Shown here piece by piece: positions 40,942-53,289 of a DNA stretch of 64,000 bases. Position numbers and translations under genes: made by a program. Each line of letters opens with the position of its first letter. Within the stretch, counting starts at the first letter, position 1. The stretch spans positions 175,460,001 to 175,524,000 of the forward strand of contig OX597815.1 of NCBI GenBank assembly GCA_951406725.2, written 5' to 3'. The notes below the pieces were generated by a model. That model was not told the origin of the DNA, ran no database searches, and saw only the letters and a program-made list of their open reading frames with translations. The DNA is from Octopus vulgaris. Lineage: Eukaryota.

Positions 40942-41421
40942 AAACAGTAGCTATAGGGTGATGCACAAGCACTCATTTCTGACCGCACTGCCTCCTGTAG
41001 CAAAAACGACTGTAAGCTAATGAAGTTCGTTGCCTAATTTTCCTGTTCTTCTGTCCTTTATTTAATTTCAAATTACGCTCTGTGCTCGACTAACGCCGTT
41101 TTCTGAGGCAGAAGTTATTAGCGTCGCGAAATATATACGTATATAAATTCTTTCCTCTCTTGGCACACGACGTGAAATTTTGAGGGAGAGGCTGGTCGAC
41201 TATATATTTCTATATATGTATTTGTTACTTGTTTCAGTCATTAGATTGCGGCCATGCTGGGGCACTATCTTGAAGAATTTTTAGTTGAATGAATTGGCCA
41301 CAGGACTTTCTAAGCCTCGTATTTATTCTATCGGTCTGTTTTGTCGAATCACTAAGTCACTGGGAGGTAAACAAACCAACACCGATTGCCAAACGGTTGT
41401 GAGGGACAGACAGACACAACG

Positions 41422-41466
<45 letters not shown>

Positions 41467-42139
41467 AGTAGAAACTTACTGTAGATGAGGCTGCATAGCG
41501 TTCGATTATAAATATAAAATACATCAAGTACAGGACATCACGAACGAGTGAAAATTACGTAGACACTCGTGCGATAAGTACAGGACAAATTACCAAAAAA
41601 TATACAATAAGAACTGGACATCACCAATTAGTGAAAAATACGTAAGCACAAAATAGCAAAAGAAGTGTAACCCCTTCTCAGTTGTCGACTGTTTATTACT
41701 CCATATTTCGAGCTTTCAACGACAATAGAAGAAAACATCATTAAACGGCAGCATCCAGAAATTTTTAAAATATAAAATTTCTGGAGAGTGAGGGCTTTGA
41801 ACGAACAAACGACACCAGATTGGACGTACAGAGTAAACAATTGACGAAGACAAACATTAAGGGGTGTTAGGCCAAGACTCATTGTAAAGGGTAATGCCTG
41901 GGAGAAATTTTGAAAGGATACAGAATGAAAAGAAGAGAGAAAAATGTAGAGGGAGTAATAAACAGTCGACAACTGAGGAGGAGTTAGACTTCTTTTGGTA
42001 TTTTGTCCCGTATTTGTCTCTCAAATGATGAAAGACCAAGATATGCTGTGACTGCAAAGGCTCAACAAATAAAGTAAGTTCATGGCTGTATTGTATCCTA
42101 CACCAGTTTCGCATAACCAGCTCCAGCCCTTTCAAAATT

Positions 42140-42543
42140 ACCTTGGATCGTGGGGCAACCTGGTGTGCTTGAGGAGACCTATTGAGTCAAGTACATCAAC
42201 ATCAAAATGAGAATCAGATAAAAATTGTAGATGTGATACCCGTGCTGGTGGCACATAAAAAGCACCATTCGAACGTGGCCGATGCCAGCGCCGCCTTGAC
42301 TGGTTTCCATGCCAGTGGCATGTAAAAAACACCAACCGATTGTGGCCATTGCCAGCCTCCTCTGGCCCCTGTGCTGGTGGCACGTAAAAAGCAGAGTGGT
42401 TGGCTTTAGGAAAGGCATCCAGCTGTAGAAACACTGCCAGATCAGACTGGAGCCTGGTGCAGTCTCCTGGCTTCCTAGACCCTGGTCAAACCGTCAAACC
42501 CATGCTAGCATGGAAAACGGATGTTAAATGATGATGATGATGA
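42140..42543 (+). mobile_element. RTE 3' UTR fragment
   Basis: Same 3' UTR motifs and (GAT)n tail followed by (TA)n. Confidence 0.85.
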
Positions 42544-42950
42544 TATATATATATATATATATATAAAGATTTTTTTATAAAAAGTTAAGATTAAGAAAAA
42601 AACTTTTCAGTGAGTAGAATGGTTCGAACCGTTAGGAAGGAATTTCTAACTGTGAGTATACAATTTGTGAAATTCCTTCCTAAAGGTTAGTACCATTCTA
42701 CTCTCTAAAAAGCTTTTTCTTCTTAATCTTAACTTTTTGTAAAAAATCTTTATATGTATGTATGTATATGTATATATATATACATGTGAGTGGAACAGTA
42801 AAATTAAGCAAGGCTTTTCTCAAGTTCTAAATCTGAATTTGTGTGTTAACTACACCCTAAAGATGGAGCCTTGTATCTTTGTTGGAAACCGTCTCTCTCC
42901 TCAGTGGAAGATTTATAATAATTAAAAAATAGAAGAGACATACATACATG

Positions 42951-42988
<38 letters not shown>

Positions 42989-43509
42989 TGTGAGAGCCCC
43001 AGAAGGATGAGGGATAAATTTGATCTCAGAAAGATTTTAAATACTGAAATAGGTACTATAAACTGTTTTGTCTGACGTGTTCCTATGGTTCTTCCCATTG
43101 AGGACTCTTCTTGATATCATTAATAAAGATTCATGTGAGACAGCCACACATTTTGGGGACAGAAAAGTGAATGGGATCAACCTTAGTAGTTGATCGGTGT
43201 TTTATTGGCTTCATTGATCGTTGGTAGAGTACATGTTAGTTTGCTTGAAATGTAATTCGATGCTCAAGGTTTCTGTCTTGTTGCAGAGCCTCTTGATTGG
43301 GGAAGAGGTGATAAAATATTTTAATATTTCTTGACATGGAAAATACTTTGACATGTTGTAATAAGTCTAACCATTGATTTTAAAATAAAATCCCGGTTCC
43401 ATAGCAGTGACTGATCAATCTTTTTTTGCTTTGGTACAAATGTGTGAAAACAAAAGTATTTCACCAGCTAACAAGACTCCACACTATAATAATAATGAAA
43501 TTATTGTAT

Positions 43510-43636
43510 ACAGTGCTCAGGTGCACCACAATACAGTGCTCAGGTGTACCACAAACAGTGTTCAGGTGCATCACAATACAGTGCTCAGGTGCAATACAAA
43601 CAGTGCTCAGGTGCACTACAATACAGTGCTCAGGTG
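43510..43636 (+). repeat. 22-23 bp minisatellite, six units
   Basis: ACAGTGCTCAGGTGCACCACAA(T) with small variations. Confidence 0.9.
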
Positions 43637-44339
43637 ATGGAAAAAATTGTCACACAAGACATTTTGACATCATTTTAGATTAGAGGACTTAGTTTATTTC
43701 ATCTAAATTTTAGATTGAAAAAGAACTTTATTTTAATTTTGGAAAATAAAAGAAGTATTAAAAACCGCATTATTTATGGGATGACCCTCTACTTAGTGGC
43801 CTCACTTGACTTTCTGATGTCAACCCAACCGAAGTCGACTTAGCTCTTTGTCACTCTAGCATTGATAAAATAATCATCAGTAGACTGATAGTTGTTTCAA
43901 TATGGCAATCAACACTTGGGTTTGTCTGAGATTATGATAGACATCTCTTGTCCACATAACATGGAAGTTGGATCAAAGCTGAGACTTTGTAAATGCAAAG
44001 TGAACTTCTTGAACTATTCACCTTTGTTTGCACCATAAATTGATGCCATGCATGCATCAATTTTTACTTCGTGTAGAGAAATACAAGTTGAGTAACCCAT
44101 CCTGCTCAAAAGGTCTCTGAATAAGGTTTGTTTAAGGATGATGGACAAAACACCCACGTGTAGTAATTATTCTTATAGTAATTGTACTTATTCTTAGTGG
44201 AAGTTTTGAAGAGTGCAGTTCGATTTTAACAGCTCTTTTTCAAAGCTATAATGGAAGTGACAATGTATGCATCAATTTTTACTTTGTGGATTTCTACTTA
44301 TATTTTAGATACTAAAATATACTCTCTTTCATTTTCTTC

Positions 44340-44822
44340 AATGCTCTGCGATCTCTCTGGTAGACTTCCAAAATTCACATTTCCATGACGAAAAATACTC
44401 CTCTACAACTGTTTTGACCTCGTCTGCAGAATTCATATTTTTTCCGTCCAAATGATTTTGTAGACTGCCAGTGTTTCTCCTTTCCCTGTTCACTGTCTTC
44501 AGCACTTGACATTTTTATAGAGAACCGATTTCTCGTCACCAGTCACTATTCGGTCGAAAAAAGGTTCATTCGTGAGACATGACAGCAAAGGAGAGCACAT
44601 ATTCACTCTCTGCACATGATTAGACTTGGAAAGTTTTCGAGGAACCCATTGACCCAATTTTCTGACTTTTCCGATGGCACACAGATGTCGATGAATGGTT
44701 AACTGACGAAATTGAAGCTTCTCTTCTAGTTTCTGAACAGTTACAATGGGATTTTGTTTCATCAGTTTTTGCACGATGTCCTCATTGAACTCTACAAATT
44801 TAGCATTGCTTGTACAGCACAT
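44340..44822 (-). mobile_element. Mariner transposase remnant
   Basis: WVPRKL..RIVTGDEKSVLYKN motifs. Confidence 0.85.
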
Positions 44823-45204
44823 GTAAACACACTCGCCACATTATGATTCAATCAACATCAGTCCATCTCTGTACCCAAACACCATGGATAGAAAACTACC
44901 CTAATTCCCAAATCCACTGAAACAGCAAACCCACAAAATCACAGACCAATAACTTGTCTCCTGACAATTAACAAAGCCTTTACTGCAATAATATGCACCA
45001 CCCAAAATCTGACATAGAAAGATTATATATACAAGGCTTTGTACAGCTAAAAACCTGTTACAAAACAACCACCATTGGACTGTAATGGTTTGTGTTTGTA
45101 TCAGGTGAACAGATGCAAAAGAAATATGTATGCCTTTGAAGTAAACAAATGAATGAATCGATTCATAGTTAAAAATAATTTATTCACCGGACTTAATTTG
45201 TTGT

Positions 45205-45239
<35 letters not shown>

Positions 45240-45536
45240 GTAATGATAATAATAATAATAAAAATACCCTGATGCAGTATCAGACAGTGGTTCTCATGGT
45301 TTCTGATCTTAACGATTGAAATTGTTATCGTTTACATTGCTTTGTCTTGGTATAAAACATGGGCTCCAGCAAATATTCTACTCAGTATCATAGATTTGCT
45401 TGTCAGTTGTTTGACCGTAACCAGTCGAGTATGTCTCTTAATGGCTGACGATATGTGCATCATCATGATGGGTATATTGGCCTACGTATATTTGTACTCC
45501 AGAGCCACTTTGATGGCATGCGTTGCACTCTCACTC

Positions 45537-45573
<37 letters not shown>

Positions 45574-45894
45574 GTAATAATAATAATAATTCTATCTACT
45601 AAAGGCACAAGGCCTGAAATTTTGCGAGGAGGAGAATAGTTGATTACATTGACCCCAGTGTTTCACTGGTACATAATTTATTGGCCCTGAAAGGATGAAA
45701 GGCAAAGTCAACCCTGGCAGCATTTGAATTCTGAATATAAAGACAGATAAAATACTGCTAAGCGCTTTGCCCAGCATGCTAACATTTCTGCCAGTTCGTT
45801 GCCTTAATAATAATAACAATAACAATAATAAAGATTTCGCTTTTGGATTTGGTTTGCAAGATTCTTTATATGAGTTCATGTGTTGAAGCAGACA

Positions 45895-46310
45895 CAACAG
45901 AATAATAAAGATCTTCAAATAGAAATTGGCAAAATGTGGAACCTCAAGACTAAAGCAATACCTGTTATCATGGGTGCCCTAGGAATGATAGCAAAAGGGG
46001 CTGATTCCTAACTAGCTCATATACCAGGAAACCTGAAAATGGCCAAAATTAAAAAGACAGGGCTCATGGGAATTGCCCATAACCTACATAAAATATTGTT
46101 TATGTAATCTCAAATAAAAAAAAAAGCCTCATAATTTTCTTATGTTTTCTTAAACATTCTCTAGAACAATACTTTGTGCAAAACTAAATATTTGACACCC
46201 TAGGCATAATACCGACTTGAACTTCTAACTTGTTGTCTGTTGAGGTCCCTGGCTGATACTTGGAGTCAACTTGTACAAATACAAAGTAAAAGTCAAACAT
46301 ATAATAATAA
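45895..46310 (+). mobile_element. Second R4/Dong-like 3' fragment
   Basis: Manual translation KDLQIEIGKMWNLKTKAIPVIMGALG; (AAT)n at the 3' end. Confidence 0.7.
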
Positions 46311-47192
46311 TCATCATCATCATCATCATCATTTAGCGTCCGCTTTCCATGCTAGCATGGGTTGGACGGTCCAACTGGGGTCTGTGAAGCCAGAAGGCTG
46401 CATCAGGCCCAGTCTGATCTGGCAGTGTTTCTATGGCTGGATGCCCTTCCTAACGCCAACCACTCCATGAGTGTAGTGGGTGCTTTTTATGTGCCACCTG
46501 CACAGGTGCCAGACGGAGCTGGCAAACGGCCATGGACGGATGGTGCTTTTTACGTGCCACCGGCACGGGGGCCAGGCGAGGCTGGCAATGGCCACGAATG
46601 GATGGTGCTTTTTACGTGCCACCGGCACGAGGCCAGTCGGGGCGGCGCTGGCAATGGCCATGAACGGATGGTGGTGCAGACGAGTCTGGCAGATGGCTAC
46701 GAACGGATGGTGCTTTTTACGTGCCACCAGCACGGGGGCCAGGCGAGGCTGGCAACGGCCACGAACGGATGGTTCTTTTTACGTGCCACTGGCACGAGGC
46801 CAGTCTGGGTGGCGCTGACAACGGCCACAAACGGATGGTGCTTTTTATGTGCCACCGGCCCGAGGCCAGTCGGGGCGGCGCTGGCAACGGCCACATTCGG
46901 ATGGTTCTCTTACGTGCCACCGGCACTGGTAACTCGGCTGCAATTTCCATTGATCAATTTCGATTCTGATTCTCACTTGCCTCAACAGGTCTTCACAAGT
47001 AGAGTTTTGTGTCCCAAGAAGGGAAGGTATGCATAAGTGGGCTGGCTACATCCCATGTAGAAGGCCACGGGTTATGGTCTTGTCCTGCCGGGTCTTCTCG
47101 CGCACAGCATACTTCCAGAGGTCTCTGTCTCTAGCCATTTCCTCAGTGAGACCTAAAGTTCGAAGATTGTGCTTCGCCACTTCATCCCAGGT
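46310..47192 (-). mobile_element. RTE LINE 3' fragment with expanded seven-unit 3' UTR array
   Basis: End of the RT ORF at ~47080-47190, tandem units 46479-46926, (CAT)n on the plus strand. Confidence 0.9.
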
Positions 47193-47224
47193 TTATGATG
47201 ATGATGATGATAATTGCTCTGAGC

Positions 47225-47650
47225 TGACAGCAGCCAAAGACACAGAAACACTAATTGAGAAAAAAAGAAAACAATGCTGGATCATAGATCTAGCATGTCC
47301 AGCTGACAACAAGGTATGCGATAAGGAAGAAAGAAAAGTCAATAGATATGACAGGTTAGCTTGGGAGGTTAAGAAGTTGTGGCTGCTGAAAAAGCTGGTA
47401 GTAGTACCAATAATTGTCGGAGCCCTGGAAACAGTGAGTAAAGACCTTGATAGTACGCGGAACAAATAGGGGCTGCAATAAGGGTGGAGCACTTGTAGAA
47501 AACAGCACTGTTTGGAACCACTTGAATACTCTGGATGGTGCTTGAAAAATAAGGGATGTTACCTGAGTTCATTGGTAGTGAACAGCTGGCACTGTAGTAC
47601 ATCTCCAGTGTTAGAAGCTGTGCAAAGACAATAAATAATAATAATAATAT
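47225..47650 (+). mobile_element. R4/Dong-like non-LTR retrotransposon 3' fragment (restriction-like endonuclease domain)
   Basis: CWIIDLACP..KEERKV.RY..L..EVKKLW..VVPIIVGAL motif; ends in (TAA)n. Confidence 0.8.
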
Positions 47651-47911
47651 CTACAATTTTCTGTGAAAATTTTACCTTTCTATTCTCCCTGACTACTTAA
47701 ATGTGTAAACATACCTTTTATTGCAGTAACACAATTAAATGCACAATAAAAATTAAGGAGGTAAACACCTGTTAATATATACAAACTGCATAATTACAAA
47801 AACTGTAAACCCCAGCAAAATTTATAAAAAGGAAAGAAAAATTCAAAAGTTCAATGATGTAAACATCAGTAAATATGTAATCATCATCATCATCATCATC
47901 GAACGTATGCT

Positions 47912-47966
<55 letters not shown>

Positions 47967-48024
47967 TTATATTATATTAAATTAGAGATAAAACCACTAT
48001 TAGGCAAATCAAATAATAATAATA

Positions 48025-48066
<42 letters not shown>

Positions 48067-48838
48067 CACATACAACTTATAAACAAGAGCAAAAGAAAAA
48101 TTCCAATGCCAAATATGCCGAAATATAGACTTGATCATCAATAATCATATAATTTATCACTATAAGCACGTGTCTAGAAATTATATGCTTATAGTGATAA
48201 ATTATATGGTTATTGACGATTAAGTCTATATTTCGGCATATTTGGCATTGGAATTTTTTCTTTTGCCCTTGTTTATAAGTTGTTTATAAAATTTAACCTT
48301 TAAAGGTATTTTTTTAATATGCTGGCTATTGATAAAAATTTTTTCGAAAATTTTTATCCTATATACACACACACATACATACATACATATACATACATAT
48401 ACATATATAATTATTTTTTCTATCAGTAATTAAAAATAGAACAAGGTGAATTGGTTCTTTTCGAGGTCAAGGCCATCACTCTCATTGATCACCAGTAATA
48501 GTAAACATCTCTGGTCTCTGCTGACCGTGAGGGTGTGAGGCTTCTTTTGTCTCCTGATCGCACAGGAATGCGAAGACCCATTGTTGATCCCCTTCTCACC
48601 ATCTGCCAGACCTGTTTATAGGCCTGCAGCTCCCTCCTTAAGTTAATTTTGCTACAATAATAGCAACAAGCATGTAATTCTTTTATTCTGTAGTTCTGAT
48701 GAAGTATTTACTCAAAAATTATAATGGAGTATCCTGTATGTTGGAAACGCATTTGAATGCTTGCGTTCTTTGATTAAACGGACCTACTTGAAATGGCCAC
48801 AGTGCACTAAAATCCTTGAAATACTTGTTACTTATTTG

Positions 48839-48881
<43 letters not shown>

Positions 48882-48940
48882 CACATACACACATATGCAT
48901 ATATATACATGCACATATATATATACACGTAAAATACATT

Positions 48941-48980
<40 letters not shown>

Positions 48981-49082
48981 AAGTTAATCCAAACAAGAAA
49001 ACAAAAACAAAAAAACAACAATGCAAGGACGTGGAACAAATAAAGTATTATTGGACGCTCAGGAAAGAAGGGAAGAAGGAGG

Positions 49083-49117
49083 GTTTGACGTTTCGAGCGG
49101 AGCTCTTCGTCGGAAAC
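49083..49117 (-). ncRNA. Minimal hammerhead ribozyme motif (Penelope-like terminal repeat)
   Basis: GTTT-CCGACGA-A-GAGC-TCC-GCTC-GAAAC-GTC-AAAC; U4C core variant. Confidence 0.6.
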
Positions 49118-49302
49118 ATAGGAGAAAGAAAGATCCCGAGAAGGGAAGACAGGGGAAAAAAATCGCTAGTGATACAGATGAGGTCACATACTATATATAT
49201 ATATGTATATATAATATTAGGGAGTATAACTCCAAACTTACAGGGAAAAATTCAATTTAGTATTGAGTTGCATCATAGTGGTTTTATCTCTAATTCATAT
49301 TT

Positions 49303-49333
<31 letters not shown>

Positions 49334-49334
<1 letters not shown>

Positions 49335-51746
49335 CATCATCATCATCATCATCATCGTTTAACGTCCGTTCTCCATGCTAGCATGGGTTGGACGGTTCGA
49401 CCGGGGATCTGGGAAGCTTGAAGGCTGCACCAGGCTCCAGTCTTATCTGGCAATGTTTCTACAGCTGGATGCCCTTCCTAATGCCAACCACTCCGTGAGT
49501 GTAGTGGGTGCTTTTTACGTGCCATCTGCACAGGTGCCAGGCGAGGCTGGCAACGGCCACGGTCGGATTGGTGTATTTTACGTGCCACCGGCACAGAAGC
49601 CAGTCGAGGCGGTGCTGGCATCGGCCACGAGTCGGATAGTGCTTTTACGTACCACCTGGCTGGTTCAATTCGATTTCGATTTCGCTTGCCCCAACATGTC
49701 TTCGCAAGCAAAGGGGGTTGGCATGAGGTTCTATATCGACTTCGCTTGCCTCAACAGGTCTTTGTGTCCAAGGGAGGAAAGGCATGCATAAGTGGGGTGG
49801 GCTCACTTGTCCTGCCTGGTCTTCTCACGTACAGCATATTTCCAAAGGTCCCGGTCGCTGGTCATTTCCTCAGTGAGGCCTAAAGTTCGAAGGTCGTGCT
49901 TCACCACCTCGTCCCAGGTTTTCCTGGGTCTACCTCTTCCACGGGTTCCCTCAACTGCTAGGGATTGGCACTTTCTCACACACCTATCTTCATCCATTCT
50001 CGCCACATGACCATACCAGCGCAATCGTCTCTCTTGCACACCACAACTGATGCTTCTTAGGTACAACATTTCTCTCAAGGTACTAATGCTCTGTCGAGTA
50101 AGTACACTGACATTACACATCCATCGGAGCATACTGGCTTCATTCCTCACGAGCTTACGCATGTCTTCAGCAGTCACGGCCCATGTTTCACTGCCATGTA
50201 GCATGGCTGTTTGTACACATGCATCATACAGTCTGCCTTTTACTCTGAGCGAGAGGCCTTTAGTCACCAGCAGAGGTAAGAGCTCCCTAAACTTTGCCCA
50301 GGCTATTCTTATTCTAGCAGTTACACTTTCAGCGCACCCACCCCCACTACTGACTTGGTCACCTAGATAACGGAAGCTATCAACTACTTCTAGTTTTTCC
50401 CCCTGGAAAGTGACGGAAGTTGTTTTCTGCAGATTTTCGGAGCTCAATGCTCCCGAGCATCTGCCACATACAAAAACTATCTTCCCAGTTAGCCTACCTT
50501 TGACATTGCTGCACCTCTTATGTGTCCATAGCTTACACTGGGTACATCTTATAGAGTTTCTACCTACACCTTTTCTACAGATCGAGCAGGGCTATCTTCC
50601 TGAAGACATTTGTGGATTGTCTACCTTTCTACTTATTAGTACTTTGGTTTTAGCTAGGTTGACTCTAAGGCCCCTCGATTCTAAACCCTCCTTCCACACC
50701 TGGAACTTCTCCTCCAGTTCTGATAGTGACTCAGTAATTAGAGCAAGGTCGTCAGCATAGAGGAGCTCCCAGGGGCAACCTGTCTTGAATTCCTCCGTAA
50801 TTGCCTGGAGGACTATGATAAATAGGAGGGGGCTGAGTACTGAACCCTGGTGGACCCCAACCTCTACTTTGAATTCTTCTGTGTACATGTTGCCAACCCT
50901 AACCTTACTTACGGCATCTCTGTACATGGCTTGCACAGCCCTCACCAGCCATTCATCTATCCCTAGTTTCCTCATTGACCACCAGATGAGGGATCGGGGG
51001 ACCCTATCAAAGGCTTTCTCCATGTCAATGAAAGCCAGGTACAGGGGCTTATCTTTGGCTAGGTATTTCTCCTGCAGCTGCCTTACCAGGAATATAGCAT
51101 CAGTGGTGCTTTTCCCTGGCATGAACCCAAACTGCATCTCATCTAAACTAATTCTCTCTCTAATTAGTTGGGCTATGACCCTCTCCGTAACCTTCATTAC
51201 CTGATCCAACAGCTTGATACCTCTGTAATTATTTGTATCTAGGGCATCACCTTTACCTTTGTAGCAGTTGACTAGTATGCTGCTACACCAGTCATTGGGT
51301 ATGACTCCTTCGTGTATCACCTGGTTGACTATACGGGTGACTAGGTTATAGCCGACACTGCCAGATATTTTGAGCATCTCTGCAGTAATTCCTGATGGGC
51401 CTGGGGCTTTCCCTGTCTTCATGCTTCTAATTGCTTTAACTACCAAAGAATTTTTGACTCGGATGGCTGGTCGCTCTGTTGGGTTGACATTCGGCAGACT
51501 CTCTTTATCCCATTCATTTTCTTTATTCAGCAACCTTTCATAGTGGCATCTCTAAACCTTTCTCTTTGCATCCTCATTTAGCGCAAGTGAACCATCATCC
51601 ATGCGAACACACTTCTCTCCTACCACATCACGATTCTCTCTCACACACTGTCTTGCAACACGAAATACCTCAAGTCTTTCATCCTCACGGCTCAGAACAT
51701 TGGCAAATTTTTTCTTATCCGCTTCCCCTCTGGCTAAATAAACCTG

Positions 51747-51750
<4 letters not shown>
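49334..51750 (-). mobile_element. RTE-clade LINE, 5'-truncated, with RT ORF and (GAT)n tail
   Basis: Three collinear same-frame ORF segments with GKAPGP, DMEKAFDRV, GVHQGSVLSP, LLYADD, RLRWYGHV..GRGRP; structured 3' UTR ending in (GAT)n. Confidence 0.95.
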
Positions 51751-51786
<36 letters not shown>

Positions 51787-51841
51787 CAGAGATGTACTCG
51801 CATAGCAAGTAATTTGATCTGAGATCGTGTGCTGAAACGAA

Positions 51842-52125
51842 AACAATTGCAGCGTGGAAGGTGTTTGTAAGCCATTTATGAAACACTCAAAAGCCGTTCG
51901 ATACACTTCAACATTTAAGTTTAATTTATCAAAATATTTTCGTCGCTAAAATCCACGACCTGTTCACTGACAAAAATCCGTGCTGCACGGATTTTTGTCA
52001 GTGAACAGGTCGCGGATTTTAGCGACGAAAATATTTTGACAAATTAAACTTAAATGTTGAAGTGAATCGAACGGCTTTTGTGTGTTTCTTAAATGGCTTA
52101 CAAACACCTTCCATGCTGCAATTGT

Positions 52126-52126
<1 letters not shown>
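51842..52126. repeat. Near-perfect palindrome, 142-bp arms, 1-nt spacer
   Basis: Centre CCGTGC-T-GCACGG at 51984; lies between (TA)n tracts. Confidence 0.95.
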
Positions 52127-52163
<37 letters not shown>

Positions 52164-52384
52164 CATACCTACATACACACATATATATGTATGCGTATAT
52201 GTCTATTTGAAAGCCTATGAGAATTACTTAATACAGTTTTTGATGTGTAAAGATGATATTTAAATAAAAAATGTTATGAAATGTTTCATAAGGATGTTAC
52301 TAACCATTTTTGGGAAGAAGTGTTTTTCTAGAGTGTGAGCGTTTTAGTTTAACTTTTTCAAACACACACACACACACATACAGA

Positions 52385-52700
52385 GTGAAGCTACATGGCT
52401 CAGTGGTTAGACTGTTGGGCTTACAATCATGAGGTAGTGAGTTTAATTCCCAGACTGGGCTGTACATTGTGTTCTTGAGCAAGACACTTTATTTCGCGTT
52501 GCTCCAGTTCACTCAGCTGTAGAAACAAGTTGCGACGTCACTGGTGCCAAGCTGTGTCAGCCCCTTTGCCTTTACCTTGGATTACATCAGTGGTATGGAG
52601 AGGGGAGGCTGGTATGCATGAGGAACTACAGGTCTTCCATAAACAACCTTGCCCGGACTTGTACTTTGGAGGAGAACTTTCTAGATGTAATCCCATGGTC
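52385..52700 (+). mobile_element. tRNA-derived SINE, family C (second copy ~61625-61910; related head at 31316-31610 -)
   Basis: TGGCTCAGTGGTTAGA A box, GAGTT..ATTCCC B box, TTCTTGAGCAAGACACTTTAT core. Confidence 0.85.
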
Positions 52701-52736
<36 letters not shown>

Positions 52737-53289
52737 ACCCCATAATATATCTTTATAGATATATATACCAATATATATATATATTTGTATGTACATGCAT
52801 ACATATATACATATGTATTTGTGTCCTGTATGTATAAGCAGATAGATACATATGTAAAGATGGCTGCATCGTCAGTCATATATCCATGTTTTGCAGTCAT
52901 ATAAGTTTATTTGTGCAAAGAACTGTACTGGATTTCTTGAAGTACCAGCATATATTTTGAGCATATGTATCTTGAAATTTTAAAATCTTGAGTTTGGCAA
53001 ATTTATTCAGGCGTTTCACTGAACAAAGGTTGCAAATGATGTTTGTTTAAAGTTTCGCTGCCTAATTAAACCTAATGAAAAGATAATTTTGCATCCAAAG
53101 AGACAAGCATAGTGTGCAATGTTACATGAATGGAAGTCGATGACCATATTCCTGAACGAATATTACCATGATATCTCTCATTATTGACTTCCTGTGTATG
53201 TCTATGTACATTATACTATTATATTTTTTGGTTTCTATTTCTAGCACATTCTGCAATGTTTTCTTTTGTCCTTATTTTGCAGAATAAAC

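Noticed and set aside
43510-43636. CRISPR-like short repeats
   Set aside because: The variable part is only 9-10 nt and nearly identical between units; an ordinary minisatellite.
46479-46926. CRISPR array (25-nt repeats with ~38-nt spacers)
   Set aside because: Spacers are homologous to each other, there are no cas genes, the context is eukaryotic, and the array is part of a LINE 3' UTR.
46362-47036. 224-aa plus-strand ORF
   Set aside because: Antisense read-through of the GC-rich RTE 3' UTR array; repetitive peptide with no domain.
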